This document shows, piece after piece, positions 25,732-35,940 of a stretch of 64,000 nucleotides of DNA (positions are counted from its first letter, which is position 1; every line of letters starts with the position of its first letter). Where the stretch lies: positions 405,178-469,177 of the forward strand of contig CAWCHT010000002.1 in the NCBI GenBank assembly GCA_963795465.1, given 5' to 3'. The DNA comes from Vulcanimicrobiota bacterium. Its GTDB lineage: Bacteria; Vulcanimicrobiota; Vulcanimicrobiia; Vulcanimicrobiales; Vulcanimicrobiaceae. The notes below the pieces were generated by a model. That model was not told the DNA's origin and did not search any database. It saw only the letters and a list, made by a program, of their open reading frames with translations. Made by a program: the position numbers and the translations under genes.

Positions 25732-26476
25732 CGAACACGTCTTCGGTGTAACGGCCGATGCGCCAATAGCATGGGCATACGAGTTGCTCGAGCCGTTCGC
25801 GGTCGGCGATGCGCAAACGGCCGTGCTGCGATTCGATAAGGTGCTCGCGCTGCAACTGTGAAAGCCCGAGCGAAACGGAAGGTCTGCGGATAGCGGAAAT
25901 CTCCGCGAACTGCTGATGCGTGATCGAAAGTTCTTTGCGCGCGGACTCGTCCGCAATCCACAGCAGCCAGCGCGCGAGGCGTTGATCGATGTTGTGCTCG
26001 GAGTTACATGCGAGCCGGCTCGCTATCGTCAGAATGCAAGCGTTGGCATACCGCAGCAGCATACGCCGCAGCGGCGATTGCGCATACGGCTGCTGCTGAT
26101 CGAAAACTTCAATCGGCAGACGCCAAGCCGAGCCCGCCGAAACGACGATGGTGCACGTTTCTCCGGCCGCGGATTCCAGGACGCGATTCCACTCCAGCAC
26201 ACCCCGACGCCCGACGGTAAGGACCGAGGTGGGGCGGCACTCGACGCCCGTGGTTTCAATCCACGACCAGGCGAATGCATCGACGGGAAAGTGCAAGTAG
26301 CGAACCGGTTCTCCGGGGCGCGCGATGACCTGATCCCGTTCGAAGTAGACGCGCCGTAACGCCGGCGCGAGCCGCTGAATCTCGCTGCGGCTGAGCTCGT
26401 CGAGCATGCGATTGCCGTAAGCCTCGCGTGGGCTGCTCCGGGGCGGCACATGCTGTGAATGTATTGGTTGAAGCAT
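25712..26476 (-). CDS. Crp/Fnr family transcriptional regulator
   Basis: A cNMP-binding-like N-terminus and a C-terminal HTH, ITHQQFAEISAIRRPSVSLGLSQLQREHLI. The alternative start is at 26407. Confidence 0.8.
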   Translation of the reverse strand: MLQPIHSQHVPPRSSPREAYGNRMLDELSRSEIQRLAPALRRVYFERDQVIARPGEPVRYLHFPVDAFAWSWIETTGVECRPTSVLTVGRRGVLEWNRVLESAAGETCTIVVSAGSAWRLPIEVFDQQQPYAQSPLRRMLLRYANACILTIASRLACNSEHNIDQRLARWLLWIADESARKELSITHQQFAEISAIRRPSVSLGLSQLQREHLIESQHGRLRIADRERLEQLVCPCYWRIGRYTEDVFEKGAGA

Positions 26477-26541
26477 GCCGCTTACGGTATACCCGGTCGG
26501 TGCAGTAATTTGCCACTCGCCCTGCCAAGACGGCGCGCGAT

Positions 26542-26625
26542 GGGATGATGGTGGAATCGGTAGACACAGCAGACTTAAAATTTGCTGCTCGAAAGAGCGT
26601 CCGGGTTCGAGTCCCGGTCATCCCA
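26542..26625 (+). tRNA. tRNA-Leu (anticodon TAA)
   Basis: Acceptor GGGATGA/TCATCCC, D-arm GGTGGAATCGGTAGACAC, anticodon arm GCAGA-CTTAAAA-TTTGC, a long variable arm, and T-arm CCGGGTTCGAGTCCCGG. It is near-identical in layout to E. coli leuZ. No CCA is encoded. Confidence 0.93.
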
Positions 26626-26651
26626 AATCCCTAACTATCGCAATCTTCCTG

Positions 26652-26677
26652 GTCATCCTGAGCCTGTCGAAGGGCGG
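26652..26677 (+). repeat. GTCATCCTGAGC...GTCGAAGGGCG element (same family as the units at 59099-59260)
   Basis: gtcatcctgagcctgtcgaagggcgg lies 27 nt 3' of tRNA-Leu. It shares both ends with the units 3' of tRNA-Asn. Confidence 0.5.
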
Positions 26678-27058
26678 CTGAGCTCGCCGAAGCTAAAGCA
26701 CCGAGCTTTCAGGACTCTCGAAATCCCGTTATTATTGCGCACGCGTACATCGCGGCGGCTGCTCTTACTGCAACAATGGAAACGGTATCCGGCGGTTCCA
26801 GCGGCCGCAATGGCTCGTCGAACGCGCAATCGCTTACCTCACGATCACGGCGCAAATCAGCTTCCGCGCTTGCTGCTTCTCCGGGACTGAATCTGACGGT
26901 TCTTAATTCGTATATCGTTTTGTATTTAGGCATCAACGGCACAAATGTGATACCGATGCCGCACTCAGACGGCAGGTCGGCCTGTGGCCCGCGGCGCAGT
27001 CGCATCCGTAACGTACACAAACCTCGGCCTTGCGACTTCTCGATAAGGAGTTTTCTTA

Positions 27059-28228
27059 ATGCAGAGATGTGCTATCGCGTTCGTTCTCGGTTGCATTTTT
27101 GTGCCTTCCGTTGCAGGAAGTACGTCACAGCCGGCGTTGCGGACAAACGCTGCGGTGCAATCCAGAATCATCGCGGCGGTCGAAAAGGATCGTCGAGTTT
27201 ACGGTGGGCGAACGCCGATTCCGGGCGTGCTGGTGGGCGTCTGGGATCGCAACGGTGCAAGCTTCGTGCGCGCCTTCGGCTACGCCGATCTTGCTACGAA
27301 GCGCGCGTTGACGGCGGCCGACCATTTCCGGATCGGGAGCAACACCAAAACGTTCGTGGTCGCCGTCATCCTGCAATTAGCCAAAGAGAAGAAACTAAGT
27401 TTGGACGAGCCGGTCAGCCGTTTCCGGTTAGGGTTGAACATTCCGAGCGCCGATAAAATCACTGTGCGCGACCTTTGCAATATGCGCAGCGGTCTTTTCG
27501 AAGCGTTCAACACGCCGCAATTCGCGCGCTTGAACATGACCGTGCCGAACAACTTCAACTCGCGCATGCTCGTCGCGTGGGCGGCGAAGCAAAAGCCGTA
27601 CTTCGGCCCTGGGAAAGGGTACCACTACAGCAATACTAACTATTTGCTGCTCGGGCTCATCATCGAGCACATTACCAAAGATACCGTCGGCAATCAAATT
27701 CGCCGGCGGCTGCTGCAGCCGTTCGGTTTGGCGCAGACCAGTTATCCAAAAACGCAAGCCATGCCCGACCCGTGGACGCACGGTTACGAACTTGACAAGA
27801 CGCGTAACTGGAAAGACGTCAGTAACACGATTCCGGTAGTCTTCATGGGTTCTGCCGGCGAGATGATTTCCGATGCCATGGATATCAAGCGATGGATGCC
27901 ACTCTTCGCCACCGGAAAAACCGGCGTTCCCGGGGGTTATCGTCCAGCTACGGAATGCAAACAATTCCTTGGAAACACGGCGTTTGGCTTGGGACTGACG
28001 TGCAGCGGCGGCTGGTACGGCTATACCGGCGCGCTTCCCGGTTACAACACGGCTGATTACTACAACCCGGCGACGGGGATGACGATCGTTGCGTGGATAA
28101 ATTATCAGGCCGCAGGACCGCCCGAGGGCGTCGCGAGCGTGATCGTGCGTGATATCGCGCGGGTCATCACGCCCGCCAACGTTCCGTTTGTTTATACGAA
28201 GCAGCAACTTCAAGCCTCAGGCCTCTGA
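27059..28228 (+). CDS. serine hydrolase (beta-lactamase/DD-peptidase family), secreted
   Basis: A signal peptide, the SxxK motif in RIGSNTKTF, and YSNTNY (YxN). Confidence 0.85.
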   Translation: MQRCAIAFVLGCIFVPSVAGSTSQPALRTNAAVQSRIIAAVEKDRRVYGGRTPIPGVLVGVWDRNGASFVRAFGYADLATKRALTAADHFRIGSNTKTFVVAVILQLAKEKKLSLDEPVSRFRLGLNIPSADKITVRDLCNMRSGLFEAFNTPQFARLNMTVPNNFNSRMLVAWAAKQKPYFGPGKGYHYSNTNYLLLGLIIEHITKDTVGNQIRRRLLQPFGLAQTSYPKTQAMPDPWTHGYELDKTRNWKDVSNTIPVVFMGSAGEMISDAMDIKRWMPLFATGKTGVPGGYRPATECKQFLGNTAFGLGLTCSGGWYGYTGALPGYNTADYYNPATGMTIVAWINYQAAGPPEGVASVIVRDIARVITPANVPFVYTKQQLQASGL

Positions 28229-28350
28229 GCGGTACGGTATTATTGAAAGCTCACGATTCTTTAACTCGCCACGTCCGAAAGTAGTCCAAAAGGTCCAGGC
28301 GAACGAGCAGGCAAGCATTGTATAATCGAAGTCCCTTGGGGGAGGGGCTT

Positions 28351-28548
28351 ATGATGCTGATCACTCGGCATGCGTCCCGGCTTATCTTAGGAAAGCCGGT
28401 CATGCGCTTTGACCGCGTGCGTTCGTACGACGCCTATTGGAGCTGCGGCTGCCGTGGCCGCAACGTGGACAACGTAACACTGAAGATTCTATGGTGCACG
28501 GAACACGTGGAGATCTTCAGCGCTCCGGACTTGAGCTTGCAGGCGTAA
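28351..28548 (+). CDS. small Cys-rich hypothetical protein
   Basis: A strong RBS (GGGGGAGGGG) lies 4 nt upstream of the ATG. 65 aa with WSCGCRG...WCTEH. The local G+C is lower. Confidence 0.35.
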   Translation: MMLITRHASRLILGKPVMRFDRVRSYDAYWSCGCRGRNVDNVTLKILWCTEHVEIFSAPDLSLQA

Positions 28549-28553
28549 TGCCG

Positions 28554-30446
28554 TTAGTGCGGCGCGACGACGTGCGATAAAATGTCCGCGCGGCCGGCGA
28601 TGCGCACCAGATGCGGGTACCGTTCGCCGCCATGATAGTCCAACGCATACGTGCCGTACCACCCGCCACTTGAAGCCGATAGTGCAATCGGCGCGCGCGA
28701 ATGACGTGCCTGATCGATTGCGTACTTGAGTGCATCGGAGCTGAACTCTTGGCCGTTCACCGCGACGATTTTTACTCCCGGCGACAATCCGGCATTCCAT
28801 GCAGCGGAGCCGCGCTTAACGTCGCGGACCGTCCCGTCGCTGGATAACCGCATCCCCGCCGAGTACCACAGATCGATCGAATGGCGCAGTTCGCCGTTGA
28901 CGGTGATGTACTCATTCGGCGTGCTATTGTAAACCAGGCGCCAGCCGGCGCGTTCGATGTCCGCGTACGGCGGATGGGGCGAGATCTCGTAAACGTACCG
29001 CTGAAAAAAGCCGTGCCAGCCGTACGGCAACACGGTGCCGAGCAGTTGCTCCACGTCGGCGCGCGTGTAGGTCTTCGTTATTGGCCCGGTTAGCGCGGGC
29101 GTGGTGAACGCGTGCTCGAAGTCGTCCAGCGATTTCCTACCGCCGGTTTGTTCGCGGATGATCAGATCCGCCGCCAGCCAAATCAAATGCCCTTCCGAGT
29201 AAAAATCGCCGGAAGTGCGCCGCAGCGATGAATAGTCGCCGCGCGCTTCATAGTAGTAGGGCGCGCCCGTCGTCGTGTCGATGAGCGGCGTCGTAGAGCG
29301 GCCCGGCTCGTTGTCGAGCGCAGCGTATTCCGAAGCCAAATACTCTTCATAGGTTTTCGGCTTCCGTATCCCGGTGCGGAACGAAAGCAGATCGCCCAGA
29401 TATTGGTTCATTCCTTCGTAGACCCACAGCAAGTCGGTCTGCATGGGAATCTGAAAGTTGAGCGTGGTCAAGTCCGCCGGCCGACGGTACTTTCCGTTCC
29501 AGGAATGTGAAAACTCGTGCGTGATCAAATCCCCGCCGCGCACTTGCTCCTTCGGATTGGTCATGAAGTCTTCGGGCGCGCGATCGTCGCTGCTTTGGTG
29601 ATGCTCGATTCCTTGAAATCCGATCGCGTCGCTGAGCGTTAAGAGCGAATGGTAATCATACCAGTGCCGCGATCCGTAGAGCGCGAGCGCTTGCGGCATC
29701 ATCCGCTTATAGGCGGCGACTTCGCTCCCCGGGAAAGCCAAATCTTGAGGCTTGTCTGCAAATGCGTCCAGCCACTGCGCCGCCGAACCGTTTTGCCAAA
29801 GCAGTACGTGCCGGTAAAACCGCCCCATGTCCAGCGGAGAGTCGATCAGCATGTTGAGCGGCACGGTGTTGAAATCGATCCGGTCGCCGGTTTGCCGCGG
29901 TCCCGGCAGCGCGGTGCCGTAACCCCACCCGTGCGGCAGTATGATGCTCGGCCGCACGAAATACTGATGTGAGTTGACGTTGTTCTGATAAAGCAGATCG
30001 CGGTTCCAATTCACGATAGCGACGTTATGCGTGGCCATCGTGTCGCCCGGCGCGTTCAGCAGCACGGTGAAGCTGATGGAAAGTGAGGCGACCCCGTCCG
30101 GAACGTCGACGTGGAAAGCATACAGGTCGATGCGATCCCGCCGCCAGCTCAGATCACGCCCATTGGCGGTAACGCGCAGCTCCGAGAGATCGTTCAGCGG
30201 CCCCGTAGGGCCGTGCTCGCCGGGAATCCACTTCGGATAGACGAGGGTAAAGGGACCGGGCTGCGTGGGAATCGTCATACGCGCGTACATCAATCCGCGC
30301 GCAGCATCCCGCGCATCCAAAACCAGCGTCATGGGATTGGACGCGGTTGCAAGCGACAGGGCGCTCGCATTCGGCGCGTCCTGCGCCAATCCGGCCACGG
30401 GCAGCACAAGGACGGAAAACATGAAGACGAAGCTCAGGAATCGCAT
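28554..30446 (-). CDS. M61 family glycyl aminopeptidase with C-terminal PDZ domain, secreted
   Basis: Signal peptide MRFLSFVFMFSVLVLPVAGLA. HEFSHSW (HExxH) is followed by EG..Y. The C-terminal PDZ-like segment is GLSPGVKIVAVNGQEF. Confidence 0.85.
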   Translation of the reverse strand: MRFLSFVFMFSVLVLPVAGLAQDAPNASALSLATASNPMTLVLDARDAARGLMYARMTIPTQPGPFTLVYPKWIPGEHGPTGPLNDLSELRVTANGRDLSWRRDRIDLYAFHVDVPDGVASLSISFTVLLNAPGDTMATHNVAIVNWNRDLLYQNNVNSHQYFVRPSIILPHGWGYGTALPGPRQTGDRIDFNTVPLNMLIDSPLDMGRFYRHVLLWQNGSAAQWLDAFADKPQDLAFPGSEVAAYKRMMPQALALYGSRHWYDYHSLLTLSDAIGFQGIEHHQSSDDRAPEDFMTNPKEQVRGGDLITHEFSHSWNGKYRRPADLTTLNFQIPMQTDLLWVYEGMNQYLGDLLSFRTGIRKPKTYEEYLASEYAALDNEPGRSTTPLIDTTTGAPYYYEARGDYSSLRRTSGDFYSEGHLIWLAADLIIREQTGGRKSLDDFEHAFTTPALTGPITKTYTRADVEQLLGTVLPYGWHGFFQRYVYEISPHPPYADIERAGWRLVYNSTPNEYITVNGELRHSIDLWYSAGMRLSSDGTVRDVKRGSAAWNAGLSPGVKIVAVNGQEFSSDALKYAIDQARHSRAPIALSASSGGWYGTYALDYHGGERYPHLVRIAGRADILSHVVAPH

Positions 30447-30501
30447 GCTCAAATCTTTCTGCATGATGGGGCAATTTCTTCGGCCGGGTAAAAGCGCAAC
30501 C

Positions 30502-30702
30502 ATGAACGATAAGCGCACCCCGGATAACTCCGGCGAACTCTATCAGGACGCATTTACCGAAAACGAAAGCAAACCGCGCGGCGCCAAACGGGAGGACGCC
30601 GAATCTTCGATGCAGCTCGACCCCAACGTCGATTCCCAAGAAGCCGACAGGATGCTGAAAGAAAATCGCTTCGGACAAAACGAACCGAACCGGCCTGCTT
30701 AG
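30502..30702 (+). CDS. small acidic hypothetical protein
   Basis: 66-aa ORF, MNDKRTPDNSGELYQDAF..., immediately upstream of the HAD gene. Confidence 0.3.
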   Translation: MNDKRTPDNSGELYQDAFTENESKPRGAKREDAESSMQLDPNVDSQEADRMLKENRFGQNEPNRPA

Positions 30703-31376
30703 TGGCGGCGTGCATCTTCGATCTCGACGGCACGCTGGTCGACAGCGTGTATCAACACTTGCTCGCATGGCATACGGCGCTTCGCGGATGCGATCTGCCC
30801 TTGCCGATGTGGCGGATCCATCGAAAAATCGGAATGAGCGGCGCGCTGCTGATGAAAGCGCTTGCCGTCGAGTTGGATAGGAAAATCGATGATGCAACCG
30901 CGGCAAAACTCGAAGAAATTCATACGCGCGAGTTTGCGAAGCTGCACTCGAGCATTCAGCCCTTCGACGGCGTGCAAGAATTGTTTGCAACCCTGCGCGG
31001 CAGCGATGTCGATTGTGCTATCGCCACGAGTGGTCGCAGAACGGAAATAGAGCCGCTGTTGGGGATGCTCAACTTGCCGTCGGACATCCCCGTCGTAACC
31101 AAAGAAGATGCCGCGACGCCGAAGCCCGATCCGCAGCTTTTTCTGAAAGCCGCGCACAAGATACGCAGCCGCTCCGAGGAAACGATGGTCGTGGGCGACA
31201 GCGTATGGGACATGCTTGCCGCGCAACGTGCGCACTTCTTGGGCGTTGGGCTGCTCACGGGCGGGTACGCCGAAAGCGAGATGACCGACGCCGGTGCGTT
31301 CAGAGTGTTTGCCGATCCCGATCAACTGCGCCGGCGCCTGCATGAAACCGGCATCCAAGTAAAGGAGAAGAACTAA
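30702..31376 (+). CDS. HAD-IA family hydrolase (phosphatase)
   Basis: Motifs FDLDGTLVDS, ATSG, KPDP, GDSVWD. Confidence 0.85.
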   Translation: MAACIFDLDGTLVDSVYQHLLAWHTALRGCDLPLPMWRIHRKIGMSGALLMKALAVELDRKIDDATAAKLEEIHTREFAKLHSSIQPFDGVQELFATLRGSDVDCAIATSGRRTEIEPLLGMLNLPSDIPVVTKEDAATPKPDPQLFLKAAHKIRSRSEETMVVGDSVWDMLAAQRAHFLGVGLLTGGYAESEMTDAGAFRVFADPDQLRRRLHETGIQVKEKN

Positions 31377-31618
31377 TGGATCGCCAGCCCTACAGCGATG
31401 ACGATCTCGCCCAGCGAGAGATCGACGAAACCACTCAGTCGCCGGAGCCGAGTGAAGACACCGAACTCAAGCGGCGTTCCGGCCCCGATCTTATCCGCGA
31501 GGTCGATCCGTTTCCGCCGCGAGAGCGCGCGCAAATCGTGTACGGGGACACCGACATCGATCCGCGCCGCGAAGATCAGCCATCGGCGCACCGCGCGACG
31601 GAGGACGAGCACCTGTAG
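31376..31618 (+). CDS. small acidic hypothetical protein
   Basis: 80-aa ORF coupled to the HAD stop (TAATG). No motif that I recognise. Confidence 0.35.
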   Translation: MDRQPYSDDDLAQREIDETTQSPEPSEDTELKRRSGPDLIREVDPFPPRERAQIVYGDTDIDPRREDQPSAHRATEDEHL

Positions 31619-31639
31619 GTGCAACGTACAAGCGGCGCG

Positions 31640-32425
31640 TCACCAACGTACGCCGAAACCCAAGCCGTAGAAGTGATTACGGGCGATGTCGGTAATCGTA
31701 CGTCCGGCTTCTACGTCGAACTCGAGTTGCGGGAACACTAAATATTGCGCGCCGCCGTCCAGCCCGAAAAGTGCGCCGCCTTCCGGCCGCGTTGCCGTTT
31801 GCCCGAACGCTTCCGCGTAAAACTGCGCGCGCGCATTGAATTGGTCGGTCACCACCAGCGAGGGCACCAGCAATTGATACCGGCGCGCGGTCCCGTCTAA
31901 TGCCGTACCGCGCGTTCGTTCGAATCCGAGCGTCGTGCCGACGCTGAAAATTCCCGAAAGCGCCCTGCTGTAATCCAAGTTGAACGATTGGCTGGCCGCT
32001 CCGGCGCTGAACGCGGCTGCGCCGGTCGGAAAAACATCCAGCACGTCGATGCCTGCAACATCGGAACGCCCATGAGTGAATTCCCACTTCGCTCCGATGC
32101 CCGAGTCCAGAAATCCGCGCGAACCGCCGCGTTCGATTTCGTAGGCCGGTCCGATAAGGTCAACTTCCAGATTCGGCAGCGCGCCGTATCGCACGAACCC
32201 CTGCGGCAGCTGCACGTTCGCGGCGCTGCCGCTTTGCGACGCGTACCCGAGCTCGAAGACGGTTTCGCGAGGCTTTACCGCGCAAGCGCTGTAGCCGACG
32301 GTCGGCCGGTTCAACGCTGCAAGCAACGCCGTATGCCGGCCGGAGCCGCATGGATCCGGCGTCGGCGAGGGAGTCGGCGCGGCACCGATCGCGATTGCCG
32401 CCAAGACGGCTGACCCGAAGTTCAT
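31640..32425 (-). CDS. outer-membrane beta-barrel protein (MetA-pathway/'transporter' OMP family-like)
   Basis: A signal peptide, alternating amphipathic strands, and a C-terminal YGLGFGVRW ending in an aromatic residue. Confidence 0.65.
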   Translation of the reverse strand: MNFGSAVLAAIAIGAAPTPSPTPDPCGSGRHTALLAALNRPTVGYSACAVKPRETVFELGYASQSGSAANVQLPQGFVRYGALPNLEVDLIGPAYEIERGGSRGFLDSGIGAKWEFTHGRSDVAGIDVLDVFPTGAAAFSAGAASQSFNLDYSRALSGIFSVGTTLGFERTRGTALDGTARRYQLLVPSLVVTDQFNARAQFYAEAFGQTATRPEGGALFGLDGGAQYLVFPQLEFDVEAGRTITDIARNHFYGLGFGVRW

Positions 32426-32561
32426 CGAAAGCCGAAATATCTCGACTCGGCAGGGCCATTCCCCCGTCTAGGGCAATCATCCCGGGTCGTTCCCGCGCGT
32501 CGGCCCATCGTGTCGCGCGCTCATCACTTTTCTCGGTCAAGCCCGGAGGTCATAACCCCAC

Positions 32562-33353
32562 GTGAAGATCGTGGTGACTGTCAAAGTCGTGCCCGACACG
32601 AACGCCGTCAAGCGGATCGATCCCGCCACCAAGCGGCTCGTGCGCGCCAATTTAGAGAGCGCGATCAATCCGTTCGACGAATACGCGATCGAAGCGGCCC
32701 TGCAACTGAAAGAAAAGCTCGGCGGCGGAACGACCGTAACGATCTTCACGATGGGCCCCGAAAGCGTTCGCGAAACGGTCCGCAAGGCGCTGGCGATGGG
32801 TGCCGACGAGGCGGTAATCCTGAGCGATGCCGGATTAGAGGGGAGCGACGTCTGGGGCACCGCGTACGCGATGGCGGCCGCGCTCAAGCACATCGGTTTC
32901 GATTTAATCATCTGCGGCGGACTGGCGGACGACGGCAACACCGGCGGGGTGCCGACCGCCGTTGCGCACTATCTCCAGGTACCGGGTCTGACGAACGTAC
33001 GCAAGTTTGACGACGTGGCTGAGGGACGCATAAAAGCACAGCGTGAAACGGACAGCGGATATCAGATCGTAAGTGGGCCGCTTCCCGCGCTGGCTACCGT
33101 GACGATGGCCGTAGGCGAACCGCGCTACGCTTCGCTCAAAGGCATCATGGGCGCCAAGAAAAAAACGATTGCGCCGCTCTCGCTGGGTGACCTCGATCTC
33201 GCGAACGCCGTCGGTTCCGACGGCGCCAAAACGGACGTGCTCGACGTTTCCGCGCCCAAGCCGCGCGAAAAAGCGCGCGTCGTCGAGGCGGAAGATCCGG
33301 CAGCGGGAGCGCGGGCAATTTTCGACTTTTTGCGCGAGAAGAAACTCATCTGA
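32562..33353 (+). CDS. etfB: electron transfer flavoprotein subunit beta
   Basis: MKIVVTVKVVPD...NPFDEYAIEAAL...DLIICG. Confidence 0.9.
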   Translation: MKIVVTVKVVPDTNAVKRIDPATKRLVRANLESAINPFDEYAIEAALQLKEKLGGGTTVTIFTMGPESVRETVRKALAMGADEAVILSDAGLEGSDVWGTAYAMAAALKHIGFDLIICGGLADDGNTGGVPTAVAHYLQVPGLTNVRKFDDVAEGRIKAQRETDSGYQIVSGPLPALATVTMAVGEPRYASLKGIMGAKKKTIAPLSLGDLDLANAVGSDGAKTDVLDVSAPKPREKARVVEAEDPAAGARAIFDFLREKKLI

Positions 33354-34340
33354 TGCAGCACGTCATCGTCTATGCCGAGCATCGCGGCGGTCAAACGCGA
33401 AAGGTTACGTTCGAACTTGCGACCCAGGCGCGCGCCGTTGCCGATGCTCTCGGGGGAAAGGCGCATGCGGTCGCGGTGGGTAAGGGCGCCGGCGCACTGG
33501 CACAGCAATTGCGCAAGTATCCGGTCGACGTGATTCACGTGAACGAAGACGCCAACGTCGATGCGTACTTTTTGGATCCGGTCGTCGACTACCTCAGCGC
33601 GGTCGCCTCGTCTGCCGGGCCGGCACTGATCTTGCTGCCGAACACGATGCAGGGCCGCGACATCGCCGGCTGTCTGACGGCGCGATTGAACTGCGGATTG
33701 AATTCCAACGTCACCGACTTTCGGCTCGAGGGTGGAAAAGCCGTCGCCGTGGGTCCCAAACTGCAGGGTTCATCCGTGGTGGTCAGCGGTTTCAAAGGCG
33801 CCGACTACGCCGTTGCGACGGTGCGTCCGAACGCATTCGACGCGCGCGCCGCAGGCGAGCCGACAGCCCAGATCGTGACGGTCGAAAAGCCGAGCGGCAA
33901 GCAGTACGCGCTGCGCATCGAGGACGAAGTCGAAGAGGCCTCGGCCGAAATGGGATTGGAAGAAGCACCCGTCGTCGTCAGTGGCGGACGCGGCATGGGT
34001 GGTCCAGAACCGTTCAACTCGTTGCTCAAGCCGCTTGCCGACGCGCTGGGCGGCGCCGTGGGCGCTTCCCGCGCCGCCGCGGATGCCGGATGGGTCCCGT
34101 ACAGACTTGCAAATCGGGCAAACCGGCAAAGTCGTCAGCCCTCCGCTTTATATCGCAGTCGGCATTTCGGGCGCAATTCAGCACAAAGTCGGAATGCAGT
34201 CCGCGGGAACCATCGTCGCGATCAACCGGGATGCATCGGTGCCAATTGCCGAATTTGCCGACCTGCTGGTCGTCGGCGATCTGTTCAAAATCGTACCGGA
34301 GCTGACCGCTCTGGTGGAAGGCGCGAAAACGCACGCGTGA
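33353..34340 (+). pseudogene. etfA: electron transfer flavoprotein subunit alpha, frameshifted near 34103
   Basis: The N-terminal 250 aa are in the frame of ORF 33353..34426 up to [44 protein letters not shown] (the FAD motif) continues in the frame of ORF 33981..34340. The span is 988 nt (3n+1). Confidence 0.85.
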
Positions 34341-34422
34341 CAATCGACCCCGGCCGCTCGTTGTATTCCGTGGGCGCCGCCCCACGGACGCGGCCGCTAC
34401 CCTCTCCAAAGGACACTGTGTT

Positions 34423-35940
34423 TTGAAACGAATCTTGTTGCCCGCGTTTTTCGGCGCGGCAATTCTGGCCGCGGGGCTTTCCCCGACGGCCGTCATCGCC
34501 GCTAAACCAACGCCGACGCCTTCTGCATCACCGGCGCCCTTGCCGACCGCTACTCCGGAACCGCCGAACATTGCGATTCCGCGACTGGAACAGCGGCTCA
34601 AAGAAAACCCCAACGACCGGCAGGCGATGGTGGATCTCGCCGGACAGTTCATCGGCTTGAACCATCCGGAAGCAGCGCTGCCGCTTACCCAACGGCTGCT
34701 GCAGCTGGGCACCAAGACGGCGCAAGTGTATTTTCTCGACGGTTCGGCGCAAGCAGCGCTGGGGAACGGCGCCAACGCGCTCGCCGACTTGGAAGCAGCC
34801 TCGACGCTGGAACCGACGAACCTGGCGGTGCTTTCCAGCCTCGCCGACCTGTATGTCAAAGCCGGCCGCATACCGGATGCGGAACGTGTGGCCAACCGGG
34901 CCGTAACATTCAACAAAGACGATCCGAAAGCGTACGAAACCTTAGGCGGCGTATACGCCGCCGAACAGAAGTGGGATCTGGCGCGCGCGCAGCTCGAAAA
35001 GGCGTACGGCCTGAACCCCAAAGACGTGAGCCCGCTGATTCAAGAAGCGCAAACTTGGGTCGCCCAAAACACGATTCCCAATGCGCTGGCCACGGTCGAT
35101 CGCGCCATTGCGGTGGATCCGAAAAACGTTCAAGTGCTGATCTTCCGGGCGGATTTGTATGCCAAGCAAAACGACGTTGCCAAAGCGGCCTCGGCGTATG
35201 ACGATGCGGTTGCCGCCGCGTCCGCCGATCCCGAAAAAGCGTCGGTGCTCGTGCGAAAAGCGCTGATGTACGCGGGCGCGCGTCAGGGAGCGCAGGCGCA
35301 AGCCACGTTCAATGCGGCCATCAAACAGTATCCGCTGATCTCGTCGCTGCATACCGCGTACGGTGAATATTACTTGGCCCAGCACGATCAGCGCCGCGCC
35401 GAGCAAGAGTTTTTGTCGGCGCTGCGCGGCGATCACAACGACGTGGCCGCGATTTACGACATGGCGAATTTGAAACAGTCGCAAGGCCGAACGATCGACG
35501 CCATTTCGTATCTCAAGCAATACACGCAGCTTGCGCCCAGCGCTCAATCGTTCGCGTTGCTGGGACAAGCCTACGTCAGCACCCATGACTACACGAAAGC
35601 GCGCGAGGCGTGCGGCCGCTCGTTTCAAATGAGCCGCAGTCCCGACACGCTGGGATGCATCGCCGGTTCGGACTACAGTTTGAAAAACTATAAGGAAGCG
35701 GCGCAGATCTTCGACGTGCTCGACCGCGACGTTCGGCCCTACATGGATCGCAATCCGCAGCTGCTGTACATGATGGGCGATTCGTACGCCCGCACGAGTC
35801 AAAAGCCCAAAGCCGTCGCCGCGTACAAACGCCTGCTCAGACTCATGCGCCCCGGCACGAAAACGTACAAGCAGATCCAAGCGCAAATCGCGATGCTCTC
35901 GACGCGCTCAACGAGCTCGAAAAAGACTAAACACGGTTAA
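34423..35940 (+). CDS. TPR repeat protein, exported
   Basis: A signal-like N-terminus, a Pro/Thr linker, and multiple TPR-like 34-aa units. Confidence 0.75.
   Translation: MKRILLPAFFGAAILAAGLSPTAVIAAKPTPTPSASPAPLPTATPEPPNIAIPRLEQRLKENPNDRQAMVDLAGQFIGLNHPEAALPLTQRLLQLGTKTAQVYFLDGSAQAALGNGANALADLEAASTLEPTNLAVLSSLADLYVKAGRIPDAERVANRAVTFNKDDPKAYETLGGVYAAEQKWDLARAQLEKAYGLNPKDVSPLIQEAQTWVAQNTIPNALATVDRAIAVDPKNVQVLIFRADLYAKQNDVAKAASAYDDAVAAASADPEKASVLVRKALMYAGARQGAQAQATFNAAIKQYPLISSLHTAYGEYYLAQHDQRRAEQEFLSALRGDHNDVAAIYDMANLKQSQGRTIDAISYLKQYTQLAPSAQSFALLGQAYVSTHDYTKAREACGRSFQMSRSPDTLGCIAGSDYSLKNYKEAAQIFDVLDRDVRPYMDRNPQLLYMMGDSYARTSQKPKAVAAYKRLLRLMRPGTKTYKQIQAQIAMLSTRSTSSKKTKHG

Noticed and set aside
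26626-27058. An integrated mobile element or genomic island at tRNA-Leu.
   Set aside because: There is no integrase, transposase or clear direct repeat of the tRNA 3' end beyond an 8-nt GGTCATCC match. The region is only about 430 bp.
28229-28350. A possible regulatory RNA or promoter island in the lower-GC spacer between the serine hydrolase and the small Cys-rich ORF.
   Set aside because: I saw no recognisable structure or consensus promoter. I only noted an RBS for the small ORF.
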